This document shows positions 35,376-43,703 of a stretch of DNA of 64,000 bases, one piece after another (the first letter of the stretch is position 1; every line of letters begins with the position of its first letter). The stretch is from an uncultured bacterium (lineage in GTDB: Bacteria; Krumholzibacteriota; Krumholzibacteriia; LZORAL124-64-63): contig CALEMW010000069.1 of assembly GCA_937910695.1 (NCBI GenBank), positions 17,933-81,932 on the forward strand, in the 5' to 3' direction. Position numbers and translations under genes: made by a program. The notes under the pieces are model-generated. The model saw only the letters and a list, made by a program, of their open reading frames with translations. It was not told the DNA's origin and made no database searches.

Positions 35376-35936
35376 TCAGACAAACACGTGCTCCACCACG
35401 ATCCGCACCCCGATCAGGATCAGCAGCACGCCGCCGGCGACTTCCATGCCGCGGCCGAATCGCCTGCCCAGACGATCTCCGAAACGGTGGCCGACGACCG
35501 AGAACACGCAGGCCACGACCCCGATCACCGCGCTCGGCAGCCAGACCGTGATCCGCAGCATGGCCAGCGACAGACCCACGGCGAAGGCGTCGATGCTCGT
35601 AGCCACACTGAGCAGGATGAGGGACCAGCCTCGGGAAGGATCGGAGGACGGAGCCTCGTGGTCGGCGGCGAGGGCTTCACGGATCATCCTGCCGCCGATG
35701 AAGGCCAACAGCGCGAAGGCGATCCAGTGGTCGACGGCCTCGACGGCGCCCGCCACCGTCGAACCGACGGCCCAGCCGATCACTGGCATCAGAAACTGAA
35801 AAAGCCCGAAATGGAATGCTAGACGGAAGGTGGCTCGCACACCCCGGGCGCGACCAGACGTGCCCGCGCCGAGTGAGACAGCAAAGGCATCCATGGCCAG
35901 GGCGACGGCGATCATCAGGGTCTCGACCCACGTCAT
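35376..35936 (-). CDS. mntP: Manganese efflux pump MntP family
   Basis: LAMDAFAVS, FGLFQFLMP, DHWIAF and ATSIDAFAVG motifs. Confidence 0.9.
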   Translation of the reverse strand: MTWVETLMIAVALAMDAFAVSLGAGTSGRARGVRATFRLAFHFGLFQFLMPVIGWAVGSTVAGAVEAVDHWIAFALLAFIGGRMIREALAADHEAPSSDPSRGWSLILLSVATSIDAFAVGLSLAMLRITVWLPSAVIGVVACVFSVVGHRFGDRLGRRFGRGMEVAGGVLLILIGVRIVVEHVFV

Positions 35937-37066
35937 GCAGAGCCCGATCGCTCGTACATCACACCGCGCTTCTTCAGCTCCTCGAGCAGGAACGCCGTCA
36001 GGCCGGGATCACGGCCCAGGAATTCCGGCGGCGTGATGCCCGTTTCGCGGTAGCGTCCCTCCGCGATCGCCCGCACGACCGAAGTGGCCGTATAGCCCGT
36101 GGTCCTCGCCATGGAATGGTGGCCCGACTCCGGATCCCAACGATCGACCAGACGCCAGACGATCTCCTGGTCGGCTCCACTTCGGTCACCGCACACGCGG
36201 ATCTCCAGCACCGTCACATCGCCTTCCCCTTCAGGCATGCGCCATTGCGCGGCCAGCAGCGGCAAGGTCACGTCGACCGGCCGCACGTCCACGCCGCCGG
36301 CGCGGCATGGTGTCTCATCGAAGAGCCCCACGTCGCGCAGCAGCTGCATCTGGGCCGCGGTGCCCGGCCAGCGCAGGGTCTTCTCGCGGAGGTCGGGCAC
36401 GCCGAGGGTGCGGGCGAGGGTGCGGATGCCGTCGGTGTTGAAGGATTCCAGTTCGCCGAGGCCGGGCCAATCGACACGTTCGACGTCGGACAGGGCGGGG
36501 CGCACGACTTCCTTGCCGCCCCGCAGATAGCGGGCGGGGCGTACGTACTCCTCGATCACGTCGGACGGGGAGAAGACCGAGCGGTAGTTCAGCGGCGGCG
36601 TGGGGTGTTCGGGCAGGCCGCCCACGAGTACCTCGACCGAGCGGGCGGTGTCGAAGGACCGCACGGCGTCCATGCAGAGCGCGCTGCCCATGCCGGGGAA
36701 TACGCCGCAGTCGACGACGGCGACGACGCCGCGTTCGCGGGCGAGGGCGTCGAGTTCGAAGGGGTCTTCGGGGAAGAAGGAGATCGACACCACGTCCACG
36801 CCGGCCTCGATGACCGCCTTCAAGGTGGCGAAGCCCATGTGGCCTGGCGTGGCTTCGATCACGAGGTCGGCCCCCGAGATCGCCCGGCGGATGTCGGACG
36901 CGCGGGACAGATCGGCCTCGCGGACGGCGACGTCGGCGCGGGCGGCCACGCGGCTCAGGGCCGCGACGTCGCGGTCGATCACCGTCACTTTGAACCTGGG
37001 GTCCGCCGCCAGATCCTCGGCCATGGGGGCGCCGACCAGGCCGGCGCCGAGCACGCTGATGTCCAT
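35933..37066 (-). CDS. Saccharopine dehydrogenase-like / lysine 6-dehydrogenase family oxidoreductase
   Basis: VLGAGLVG Rossmann motif; DCGVFPG, VGGLP, LESFNTDG, EKTLRWPG and MARTTGY. Confidence 0.88.
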   Translation of the reverse strand: MDISVLGAGLVGAPMAEDLAADPRFKVTVIDRDVAALSRVAARADVAVREADLSRASDIRRAISGADLVIEATPGHMGFATLKAVIEAGVDVVSISFFPEDPFELDALARERGVVAVVDCGVFPGMGSALCMDAVRSFDTARSVEVLVGGLPEHPTPPLNYRSVFSPSDVIEEYVRPARYLRGGKEVVRPALSDVERVDWPGLGELESFNTDGIRTLARTLGVPDLREKTLRWPGTAAQMQLLRDVGLFDETPCRAGGVDVRPVDVTLPLLAAQWRMPEGEGDVTVLEIRVCGDRSGADQEIVWRLVDRWDPESGHHSMARTTGYTATSVVRAIAEGRYRETGITPPEFLGRDPGLTAFLLEELKKRGVMYERSGSA

Positions 37067-37133
37067 GTCTGACCTCCGCTGCGGAGGATCGTTCGGTCCG
37101 GGCTGTCCGTCCAGACCGAAATCTTCCAGCCGG

Positions 37134-37694
37134 TCAGCGCGCCGCCGTCTCCTCCAGCAGCGCCTTGAGCGCGTCGTAGTTCGCCGAGTCCCGCAGGTCG
37201 TGTTCGGTCAGGTTGTAGACCGCCACCGGCTCGTTCTCCCCGTCGAGGATCACGACGTCGCGGTAGGTCACGTCCCACGAGTTCCAGACGTCGACGGCGG
37301 TCATGTCCTGGAGCCAGGGGATGTCGCGTCCCTCGCACATGACGGCATTGTCGGCTTCCAGGTTCTGTTCGTTGATGCCCAGGATCGCGATGTCCGACCC
37401 GGTGCTCTTGGCCGCCAACTCTATCTGCATGGCATTGAGAAGCCCGAACTGGGCTTGGCAATAGCCTCAGCCGGCGTGGGAGAAATACCAGGCGGAGACT
37501 CCGCCGAGGTAGTCCCGGGGCGATACGGCGGTGCCCGACGTCGCCGACGTGGTATTGGCGTCGATGAGCGAGAAATTCGGGACCGCGTCGGCAGACACGA
37601 CGATCGGCGAAGTCGTGTCCTCATCGCAACCCCAGGCCACGAGGAGAACGAGCGCCGCCAGGGCAGCGAACATGGTCGAGCGAACGGATCTCAT
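37134..37694 (-). CDS. Selenoprotein: thioredoxin/peroxiredoxin-like fold lipoprotein with a UxxC motif (Sec76 encoded by UGA at 37469-37467)
   Basis: ORFs 37467-37694 and 37134-37430 are in the same frame. Read-through gives ...PNFSLID...AWYFSHAG-U-GYC-QAQFGLLNAMQIEL...ILGIN...IPWLQD...VWNSWDVTYRDVVILD (186 aa). AAAGGAG RBS, lipobox AWGC, SECIS-like hairpin directly 3' of the UGA. Confidence 0.85.
37431..37466 (-). other. Bacterial SECIS-like stem-loop
   Basis: mRNA after UGA: GGC(U)AUUG-CC-AAGCCC-AGUUC-GGGCUU-CU-CAAUGCC. The lower stem is bulged, the 6-bp upper stem starts 10 nt after UGA, and there is a G in the 5-nt apical loop. Confidence 0.75.
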
Positions 37695-37838
37695 GAAGTC
37701 TCCTTTGGTGTCCGGGACGACCCATGGGGTGGATCGCCCGCGAATGTCGGTTTCTCCTATCGTATCACAAGGCTTTCATGCCGACCACCCCCCCCCATCC
37801 GCCTGCCGCGACGGCACCCGAACAACGCGAACCCATCG

Positions 37839-37866
37839 TTGAACCTCCCGCGCCGCCCGCTATACT
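37839..37866 (+). promoter_or_regulatory. Putative sigma70 promoter of the SSS transporter
   Basis: TTGAAC-N16-TATACT upstream of an AGGAG RBS. Confidence 0.4.
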
Positions 37867-37919
37867 CACCCTTGCGTCGCGCTACGCCCTCATCCCGACG
37901 GACCAGGAGCCACCCCTCC

Positions 37920-39962
37920 ATGACCCCCCTCGACTGGACCATCCTGATTGCCATGTACGTGGCCATCGTCGCCGTCGTGGTGGTGACCCGGCGACACATG
38001 CGCAGCGTTTCCGACTACCTGGCCGCGGGACGTTCGGCGGGACGGTACCTGCTGACCATCAGCGCCGGCATCGCCGGCCTGGGGGCCATCACCGTGGTCG
38101 CCAACCTCGAGATGGGTTATCAGGCCGGATTCGCCATGGGCTGGTGGGGGCTGACGATGGCCCTGTTCGGGGTGATCGTCACGGTGAGCGGCTGGATCAA
38201 CTACCGCTTCCGGCGCACGAGGGCGCTGACCCTCGCCGAATTCCTCGAGCGGCGCTACAGCCGCAAGTTCCGTATCTACGCCGGCACGGTGGCCTTCGGA
38301 GCGGGGCTCATCAACTTCGGCATCTTCCCGGCGGTGGGCGCCCGGTTCTTCATCACCTTCCTCGGCCTGCCGGAAACGTGGCAGCTCGGAATGTTCGCCG
38401 TACCGGTGTTCCCGGCCCTGATGGCCGTGCTGCTGACCACCGCGGTCTACTTCGTGTTCGCGGGCGGGCAGGTGGCGGTCATGATCACCGACTTCGTGCA
38501 GGGCGCCTTCGCGAACCTGGTGTTCCTGATCCTCGCGGTCTACCTGATCGTGCAGGTCGGCTGGGGCGACGTGGGCGAGGTCATGGCGCAGACGGCGCCC
38601 GGTCACTCCAAGATCAACCCCTTCGACACGGGCTTCGTGGACGACTTCAACCTCACCTACTTCCTGATCGGGGCGATGGGCCTGTTCTATAGCGCCATGT
38701 CGTGGCAGGGCACCCAGGCCTACAACTCGTCGGCCCGGACCGCCCACGAGGGCAAGATGGGCGGCGTGCTCGGCTTGTGGCGCGGACGCTCCCAGGACGT
38801 GTTCATGACCATGGTGCCGATCCTGGTCTTCACGGTGATGAACCACCCCGACTGGACGGGCTTCGCCGGCGGCGTGCAGGAACAGCTGGCCACCATCGAC
38901 AACGAGGCGGTGCGCAATCAGATGCGCGCTCCCCTGGCCCTGGCCGCCCTGCTGCCCAAGGGACTGATGGGGGCCTTCGCGGCCCTCATGCTCGGCGCCT
39001 TCATCAGCACCCACAACACGTACCTGCATTCGTGGAGCAGCATCTTCATCCAGGACGTGGTGATGCCGTTCCGCAAGACGCCCCTGTCGCCCAAGACCCA
39101 CATGCGGCTGCTGCGCGGCGGCGTGGTGGGCGTGGCCGTGTTCATCTTCCTGTTCTCGCTGCTCTACAAGCAGAGCCAGGCCATCCTGCTGTTCTTCGCC
39201 CTGACCGGGGCGATCTTCGCCGGCTGGTCGGGGGCCGTGGTCATCGGCGGGCTGTACACGCGTTGGGGCACGACCGCCGCCGCCTGGGCAACAGGCATCA
39301 CCGGCGTGACCCTCACGGTCACCGGATTCGTGCTCGAACAGGCCCAGCGCTCATGGCGGGAAACCGGCGTCGCCTTCTGGGGAGTTTTGGACTTCGTAGG
39401 ACTGGAACGCGCAGAAGCGTGGGCGGCCTGGACCAGCGAACGTCTGCCCAACGGACAGCATATCTGGGGCTGGGCCATGTGGCTGTCGCTGGTGGTCTAC
39501 GTGGGCGTATCGATGGCCCAGCAGATGCATCGGCGGCGCCTGTTCGATCTCGACAGGATGCTGCACCGCGGTCCGTACGAAATCGCCGGTGAAGTGGAGC
39601 ACGGCACCGTCGCGGTCGGCCGGGGATGGCGCGCCCTGGGCGTCACTTCAGAATTCGGGTTCCGCGACAAGGTCCTGTATATTCTGACCTGGGGCTGGAA
39701 CATCGTCTGGGTGATCATCTTCGTCGCGGGGACCGTTTACTTCCTGACCCGCAACGTCGACAATGGCGACTGGAGCCGCTGGGACGGAGCATGGCTGCGG
39801 TTCTGGGAAACGAAGATCTGGATCGAGGTCGGTGTCTCGGCCATCGTCATCGTCTGGTTTACATGGGGTGGCATCCGTGACGTGAAGGCGTTGCTGCGCA
39901 CCCTCTCCTCAAGGGAGCGCGACCACGGCGACGACGGTTTTGTGAGCCGGAACGATTCGTGA
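37920..39962 (+). CDS. Sodium:solute symporter (SSS) family transporter
   Basis: ATG at 37920 (MTPLDW); DYLAAGRS, TLAEFLERRYS, GG..AVMITDFVQ and FISTHNTYLHSW; many TM helices. Confidence 0.9.
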   Translation: MTPLDWTILIAMYVAIVAVVVVTRRHMRSVSDYLAAGRSAGRYLLTISAGIAGLGAITVVANLEMGYQAGFAMGWWGLTMALFGVIVTVSGWINYRFRRTRALTLAEFLERRYSRKFRIYAGTVAFGAGLINFGIFPAVGARFFITFLGLPETWQLGMFAVPVFPALMAVLLTTAVYFVFAGGQVAVMITDFVQGAFANLVFLILAVYLIVQVGWGDVGEVMAQTAPGHSKINPFDTGFVDDFNLTYFLIGAMGLFYSAMSWQGTQAYNSSARTAHEGKMGGVLGLWRGRSQDVFMTMVPILVFTVMNHPDWTGFAGGVQEQLATIDNEAVRNQMRAPLALAALLPKGLMGAFAALMLGAFISTHNTYLHSWSSIFIQDVVMPFRKTPLSPKTHMRLLRGGVVGVAVFIFLFSLLYKQSQAILLFFALTGAIFAGWSGAVVIGGLYTRWGTTAAAWATGITGVTLTVTGFVLEQAQRSWRETGVAFWGVLDFVGLERAEAWAAWTSERLPNGQHIWGWAMWLSLVVYVGVSMAQQMHRRRLFDLDRMLHRGPYEIAGEVEHGTVAVGRGWRALGVTSEFGFRDKVLYILTWGWNIVWVIIFVAGTVYFLTRNVDNGDWSRWDGAWLRFWETKIWIEVGVSAIVIVWFTWGGIRDVKALLRTLSSRERDHGDDGFVSRNDS

Positions 39963-39976
39963 ACGAGGGGACGACG

Positions 39977-40861
39977 ATGAAGAAACTGACGATCCTGATG
40001 CTGGCGATCCTGGCCATCTTCGGTTGCAGCGACGACGAGTACCGCAAGGACATCGACGCCCGCCACGCCGAGCGCATCGACGCCCTCCGCTCCGATACCG
40101 GCTGGCTGACCCTCGTGGGACTGCACCCGCTGCGGGACGGAGTCCAGGAGATCGGTGCGGGCGCAACGATGGATGTCCCCATGACCGAAGGAGCGCCGCC
40201 CCATCTCGGAACCCTTGCCGTCGAGGAAAACACCGTCGTGTTCGCCGCGGCGCCGGGAGTGGTCGTGTCCCTGCTGGAAGACGACGACGTGGTGATCTCC
40301 CATATGATCCTCGACACCGACCACGACGGACCACCGACGATCCTCACTCAGGGAAGCCTCGTCTTTCACGTGATCGACCGCGACGGCGCCTTGTATCTGC
40401 GTGTGAAGGACCGCGAGAGCTCCGTGCTGAAGTCGTTTACCGGCATCGACCGCTTCCCCGTACACCCGCGCTGGCGCGTCACCGCCCATCTCGAGCCCGG
40501 CGGTACCGGAGTCGTGATGGTGCCCAACGTTATCGGCGGCGAATCTCCGTCGCCAAGTCCCGGCGACCTGGTCTTCGAGATCGAAGGCCGTCAACTGCGC
40601 CTCACTCCCATGGGCGAACCGGCCGAAGGGCTCTTCCTGGTCTTCGGCGACGCCACCAACGGCCATGCCACCTACGGCGGCGGCCGCTTCCTATCCACGG
40701 ACCCCGTAGCCGACGACGGCACGGTGATGCTCGACTTCAACCTGGCCGTCAACCCGCCCTGCGTGTTCACGCCGTACGCCACCTGCCCGCTGCCCCCCGA
40801 GGGCAACGTGATGGCATTCGCAATGGAGGCGGGAGAAAAGATGTGGGGCGGGCACCACTGA
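39977..40861 (+). CDS. DUF1684 family lipoprotein
   Basis: Lipobox IFGC; GWLTLVGL, F.D.TNG..TYGGGRFL and LDFN.A.NPPC.F..YATCP.PP..N...AGEK. Confidence 0.88.
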   Translation: MKKLTILMLAILAIFGCSDDEYRKDIDARHAERIDALRSDTGWLTLVGLHPLRDGVQEIGAGATMDVPMTEGAPPHLGTLAVEENTVVFAAAPGVVVSLLEDDDVVISHMILDTDHDGPPTILTQGSLVFHVIDRDGALYLRVKDRESSVLKSFTGIDRFPVHPRWRVTAHLEPGGTGVVMVPNVIGGESPSPSPGDLVFEIEGRQLRLTPMGEPAEGLFLVFGDATNGHATYGGGRFLSTDPVADDGTVMLDFNLAVNPPCVFTPYATCPLPPEGNVMAFAMEAGEKMWGGHH

Positions 40862-40879
40862 CCCGCCCCATGAGGCCGG

Positions 40880-41488
40880 TTACTTGAGGCGGTCGGGAAA
40901 GGTCTTGCGGGCCTTGTCGACCTTGGGCCGCACCACCATCTGACAGTAGGCCTGATCGGGATTCTTCTTGAAGTAGTCCTGGTGGTAGCCCTCGGCCTCA
41001 TGAAAGATTTTCAGAGGTACGACCTGGGTCACGATCGGATCGGGCCAGCGCTTGGCCTGGATCCGGGTGGCCGCGGCGGCAGCCTCGCGCTGGGCGTCGT
41101 CGTGGGTCAGGATGATCGATCGGTACTGGGTACCACGATCGGCGCCCTGGCGGTCCTTCGTGGTCGGATCATGGATCTGGAAAAAGATGTCGAGCAGGGC
41201 CTCGTAGGTCACCACCTCGGGATCGAACGTGATCTGGATCACTTCGGCGTGACCCGTCTCCCCAGAGCACACCGACTTGTATTCGGGCTGTTCGGAATCG
41301 TCGCCGCCGGCGTAGCCCGACACAACGCTCTTCACGCCGTCCATTTCCTCGTAGACGGCTTCCAAACACCAGAAACAACCCCCGCCCAGCGTGGCGCGTT
41401 CGGTTTTGGCCATGACGTCGGATCCTCCCAGGGCTACCGCTCCAGCAATGAGGAGCAGGGCCGGTCTGATGATCATTCCCAGCTTCAT
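40880..41488 (-). CDS. msrA: Peptide-methionine (S)-S-oxide reductase with signal peptide
   Basis: GGGCFWC, SGYAGG, TGHAE, HDPTT..RQG.D.GTQYRS and AE.YHQDY; hydrophobic N-terminus after an AGGAGG RBS. Confidence 0.94.
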   Translation of the reverse strand: MKLGMIIRPALLLIAGAVALGGSDVMAKTERATLGGGCFWCLEAVYEEMDGVKSVVSGYAGGDDSEQPEYKSVCSGETGHAEVIQITFDPEVVTYEALLDIFFQIHDPTTKDRQGADRGTQYRSIILTHDDAQREAAAAATRIQAKRWPDPIVTQVVPLKIFHEAEGYHQDYFKKNPDQAYCQMVVRPKVDKARKTFPDRLK

Positions 41489-41669
41489 GATGAACCTCCT
41501 TGCCCCAAGATAGACCAGTCCGAAGTTCTCCGCATTATCGGCCGCTCGCTTCCGTTCGGCACGATCCCTGCGACATGAGCGAGCGTTCAGGCCGAATCGG
41601 GGCGTTGGTTCCTGGTCGTTCCGCACCGCGCCCCGATCTTCCCTCCCCCCCACCGACCGGAGGGTCGCC

Positions 41670-41921
41670 ATGTCACAAACGACCCGATGGAGCACCACTG
41701 TTTCGCAGGCTGCAATATGTTGGGTCCTCGTGGCCGGCACGAACTTCGGGATCGTCCGCTACGACATCTCGGAGCTGGAAACCTACGTTCCGCGCGGCAC
41801 CACGGTGGACGTGGGCTCGTGGTCCGAGGCCGAGAGTTTCGACGCCCAGGGTGAACTCAAGTACCATCACTTCGCCTTCGACCGAGTCATCGACGGCGGC
41901 AGCTGGCAGATTCCTGAATAA
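41670..41921 (+). CDS. Small hypothetical protein (83 aa), possibly an internally deleted remnant
   Basis: GGAGG RBS; GC3-rich coding-like 3' half; followed by a strong hairpin. Confidence 0.45.
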   Translation: MSQTTRWSTTVSQAAICWVLVAGTNFGIVRYDISELETYVPRGTTVDVGSWSEAESFDAQGELKYHHFAFDRVIDGGSWQIPE

Positions 41922-41937
41922 TCCGCAGACAAAGACG

Positions 41938-41965
41938 AACCGGAGACTGGGCCCAGTCTCCGGTT
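41938..41965. repeat. Perfect 28-bp palindrome, terminator-like
   Basis: AACCGGAGACTGGG|CCCAGTCTCCGGTT followed by TGTTCT. Confidence 0.75.
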
Positions 41966-42004
41966 TGTTCTATCTTGGGTTCGTCTTCAACGAAAGACCA
42001 GTCC

Positions 42005-42664
42005 ATGAACGACACCCTGCCGCGCCGACGGCACTACAGCCTCGGCGAGGAGATCGCCCACAGCGTCACCCACGGCATCGGCGCTGCGCTGAGCGTGGTG
42101 GCCCTCGTGCTGCTGGTCGTCCGCGCCTTAGGGACCGGCGACACCTGGCGGGTGGTCAGCTTCACCATCTTCGGCATCTCGATGGTGCTGCTCTACACGG
42201 CCTCGACACTCTACCACGCCCTGATCCCACCCCGGGCCAGGCACGTGTTCCAGGTGCTCGATCACGCGCTGATCTACGTGCTGATCGCAGGCTCGTACAC
42301 GCCGTTCCTGCTGGTGAGTCTGCGCGGCGGCTGGGGCTGGTCGATGTTCGGGGTGGTGTGGGGGCTGGCCGTGGTCGGCGTGGTGTTCAAGACCATGTTC
42401 GTCGGCCGCTTCCGCCTCGTCTCCACCTTGATGTATCTGGGGCTGGGCTGGATGAGCTTGATCGCCATCAAACCCATGATCGCCAACGTACCCACCGGCG
42501 GCCTGCTCTGGATGCTCGCCGGGGGCATCGCCTACTCCCTCGGAACGATCTTCTACATGTGGAAGGGTCTGAAGTATCATCATGCGGTGTGGCACGTGTT
42601 CGTGCTCGTCGGCTCGGCGTGTCACTTCCAGGCCGTCTACGGCTACCTGGCCCAGACATCCTGA
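42005..42664 (+). CDS. Hemolysin III / PAQR family membrane protein
   Basis: EE.AHS.THG, ASTLYH, DHALIY.LIAGSYTP and HAVWH.FV motifs. Confidence 0.92.
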   Translation: MNDTLPRRRHYSLGEEIAHSVTHGIGAALSVVALVLLVVRALGTGDTWRVVSFTIFGISMVLLYTASTLYHALIPPRARHVFQVLDHALIYVLIAGSYTPFLLVSLRGGWGWSMFGVVWGLAVVGVVFKTMFVGRFRLVSTLMYLGLGWMSLIAIKPMIANVPTGGLLWMLAGGIAYSLGTIFYMWKGLKYHHAVWHVFVLVGSACHFQAVYGYLAQTS

Positions 42665-42689
42665 TCATCAACTTCGGAGCACGTGAGCC

Positions 42690-43703
42690 ATGTCCGACCC
42701 CCACGCTTCCTCACCGTACGCCCTCGACATCGCCGTGGCCCTGGCCGCCGTTCGCGAGGCAGGCCTGCTGTGCCGCGCCGTGCAGGCCGGCATCGATCCC
42801 GGCGAATTGAGCAAGGACGACCGCAGCCCCGTAACCGTTGCCGACTTCGGCAGCCAGGCCCTGGTATGCCGCGCTTTAGCGGAAGCCCTGCCCGACGATC
42901 CGATCATCGGCGAGGAGGACGCCGACATGCTGAGGCAGCCCGCCAACTCCGCGGCGCTCTCGAGCGTGCTCGACCATGTCCGTGCATACCGCCCCGAAGC
43001 CGAGGCCGAAACCGTCTGCGCCTGGATCGACCGCGGCGGCAGCCGAGAGTCGACGCCCCGGTTCTGGACCCTCGACCCCATCGACGGCACCAAGGGCTTC
43101 CTCCGCGGCGAGCACTACGCCGTGGCCCTGGCCCTGATCGTCGAGGGCGAACCTGTCGTGGCCGCGATGGCCTGCCCGAATCTCGGCCCCGACCTCGCAA
43201 GTGACCGCGGCGCAGGCACTGTGTTCACCGCCGTGCGCGGCGAAGGCACGTGGGCCTGGCCCATGATCGGCAGCGACGACCCGCGGCCCGTATCGGTGAG
43301 CGATCTCGATGACCCTGCCGGTCTGCGCTTCTGCGAATCCGTGGAGGCAGCCCATTCCTCCCACGGCGACGCGGCGCGCATCGCGGACCGCCTCGGCGTG
43401 ACCGCTCCCGGCGTGCGCGTGGACAGCCAGGTGAAGTACGGCGTCACGTCGCGCGGGGAGGCCGACGCCTACCTGCGCCTCCCCAAGAACAACGTCTACC
43501 GGGAGAAGATCTGGGACCACGCCGCAGGTGCCCTGGTGGTGACCGAGGCCGGGGGCCGGGTCACCGATATCCACGGTCGCGACCTCGATTTTGCGAAGGG
43601 ATCCACCCTGGAGAACAACAGGGGCGTGATCGTGACCAACGGGCGTCTGCACGAGCGGATCATCGACGTGATCCGCGAGCTCGGAATCGGATCAGGGGAC
43701 TAG
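42690..43703 (+). CDS. 3'(2'),5'-bisphosphate nucleotidase (HAL2-type inositol monophosphatase family)
   Basis: KDDRSPVTVADFGSQ, GEED, LDPIDGTKGFLRG, ESVE..HS, DSQ.KY and EKIWDHAAG. Confidence 0.9.
   Translation: MSDPHASSPYALDIAVALAAVREAGLLCRAVQAGIDPGELSKDDRSPVTVADFGSQALVCRALAEALPDDPIIGEEDADMLRQPANSAALSSVLDHVRAYRPEAEAETVCAWIDRGGSRESTPRFWTLDPIDGTKGFLRGEHYAVALALIVEGEPVVAAMACPNLGPDLASDRGAGTVFTAVRGEGTWAWPMIGSDDPRPVSVSDLDDPAGLRFCESVEAAHSSHGDAARIADRLGVTAPGVRVDSQVKYGVTSRGEADAYLRLPKNNVYREKIWDHAAGALVVTEAGGRVTDIHGRDLDFAKGSTLENNRGVIVTNGRLHERIIDVIRELGIGSGD

Noticed and set aside
37467..37469. Reading the in-frame TGA as a pseudogene nonsense mutation or as two separate small genes
   Set aside because: The TGA sits exactly at the first position of a CxxC-type motif and is followed by a SECIS-like hairpin. 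The downstream half has no convincing RBS of its own.
36600..37919. 440-aa N-terminal extension of the SSS transporter ORF
   Set aside because: It overlaps two real minus-strand genes. An RBS, a promoter-like element and the family N-terminus all point to ATG 37920.
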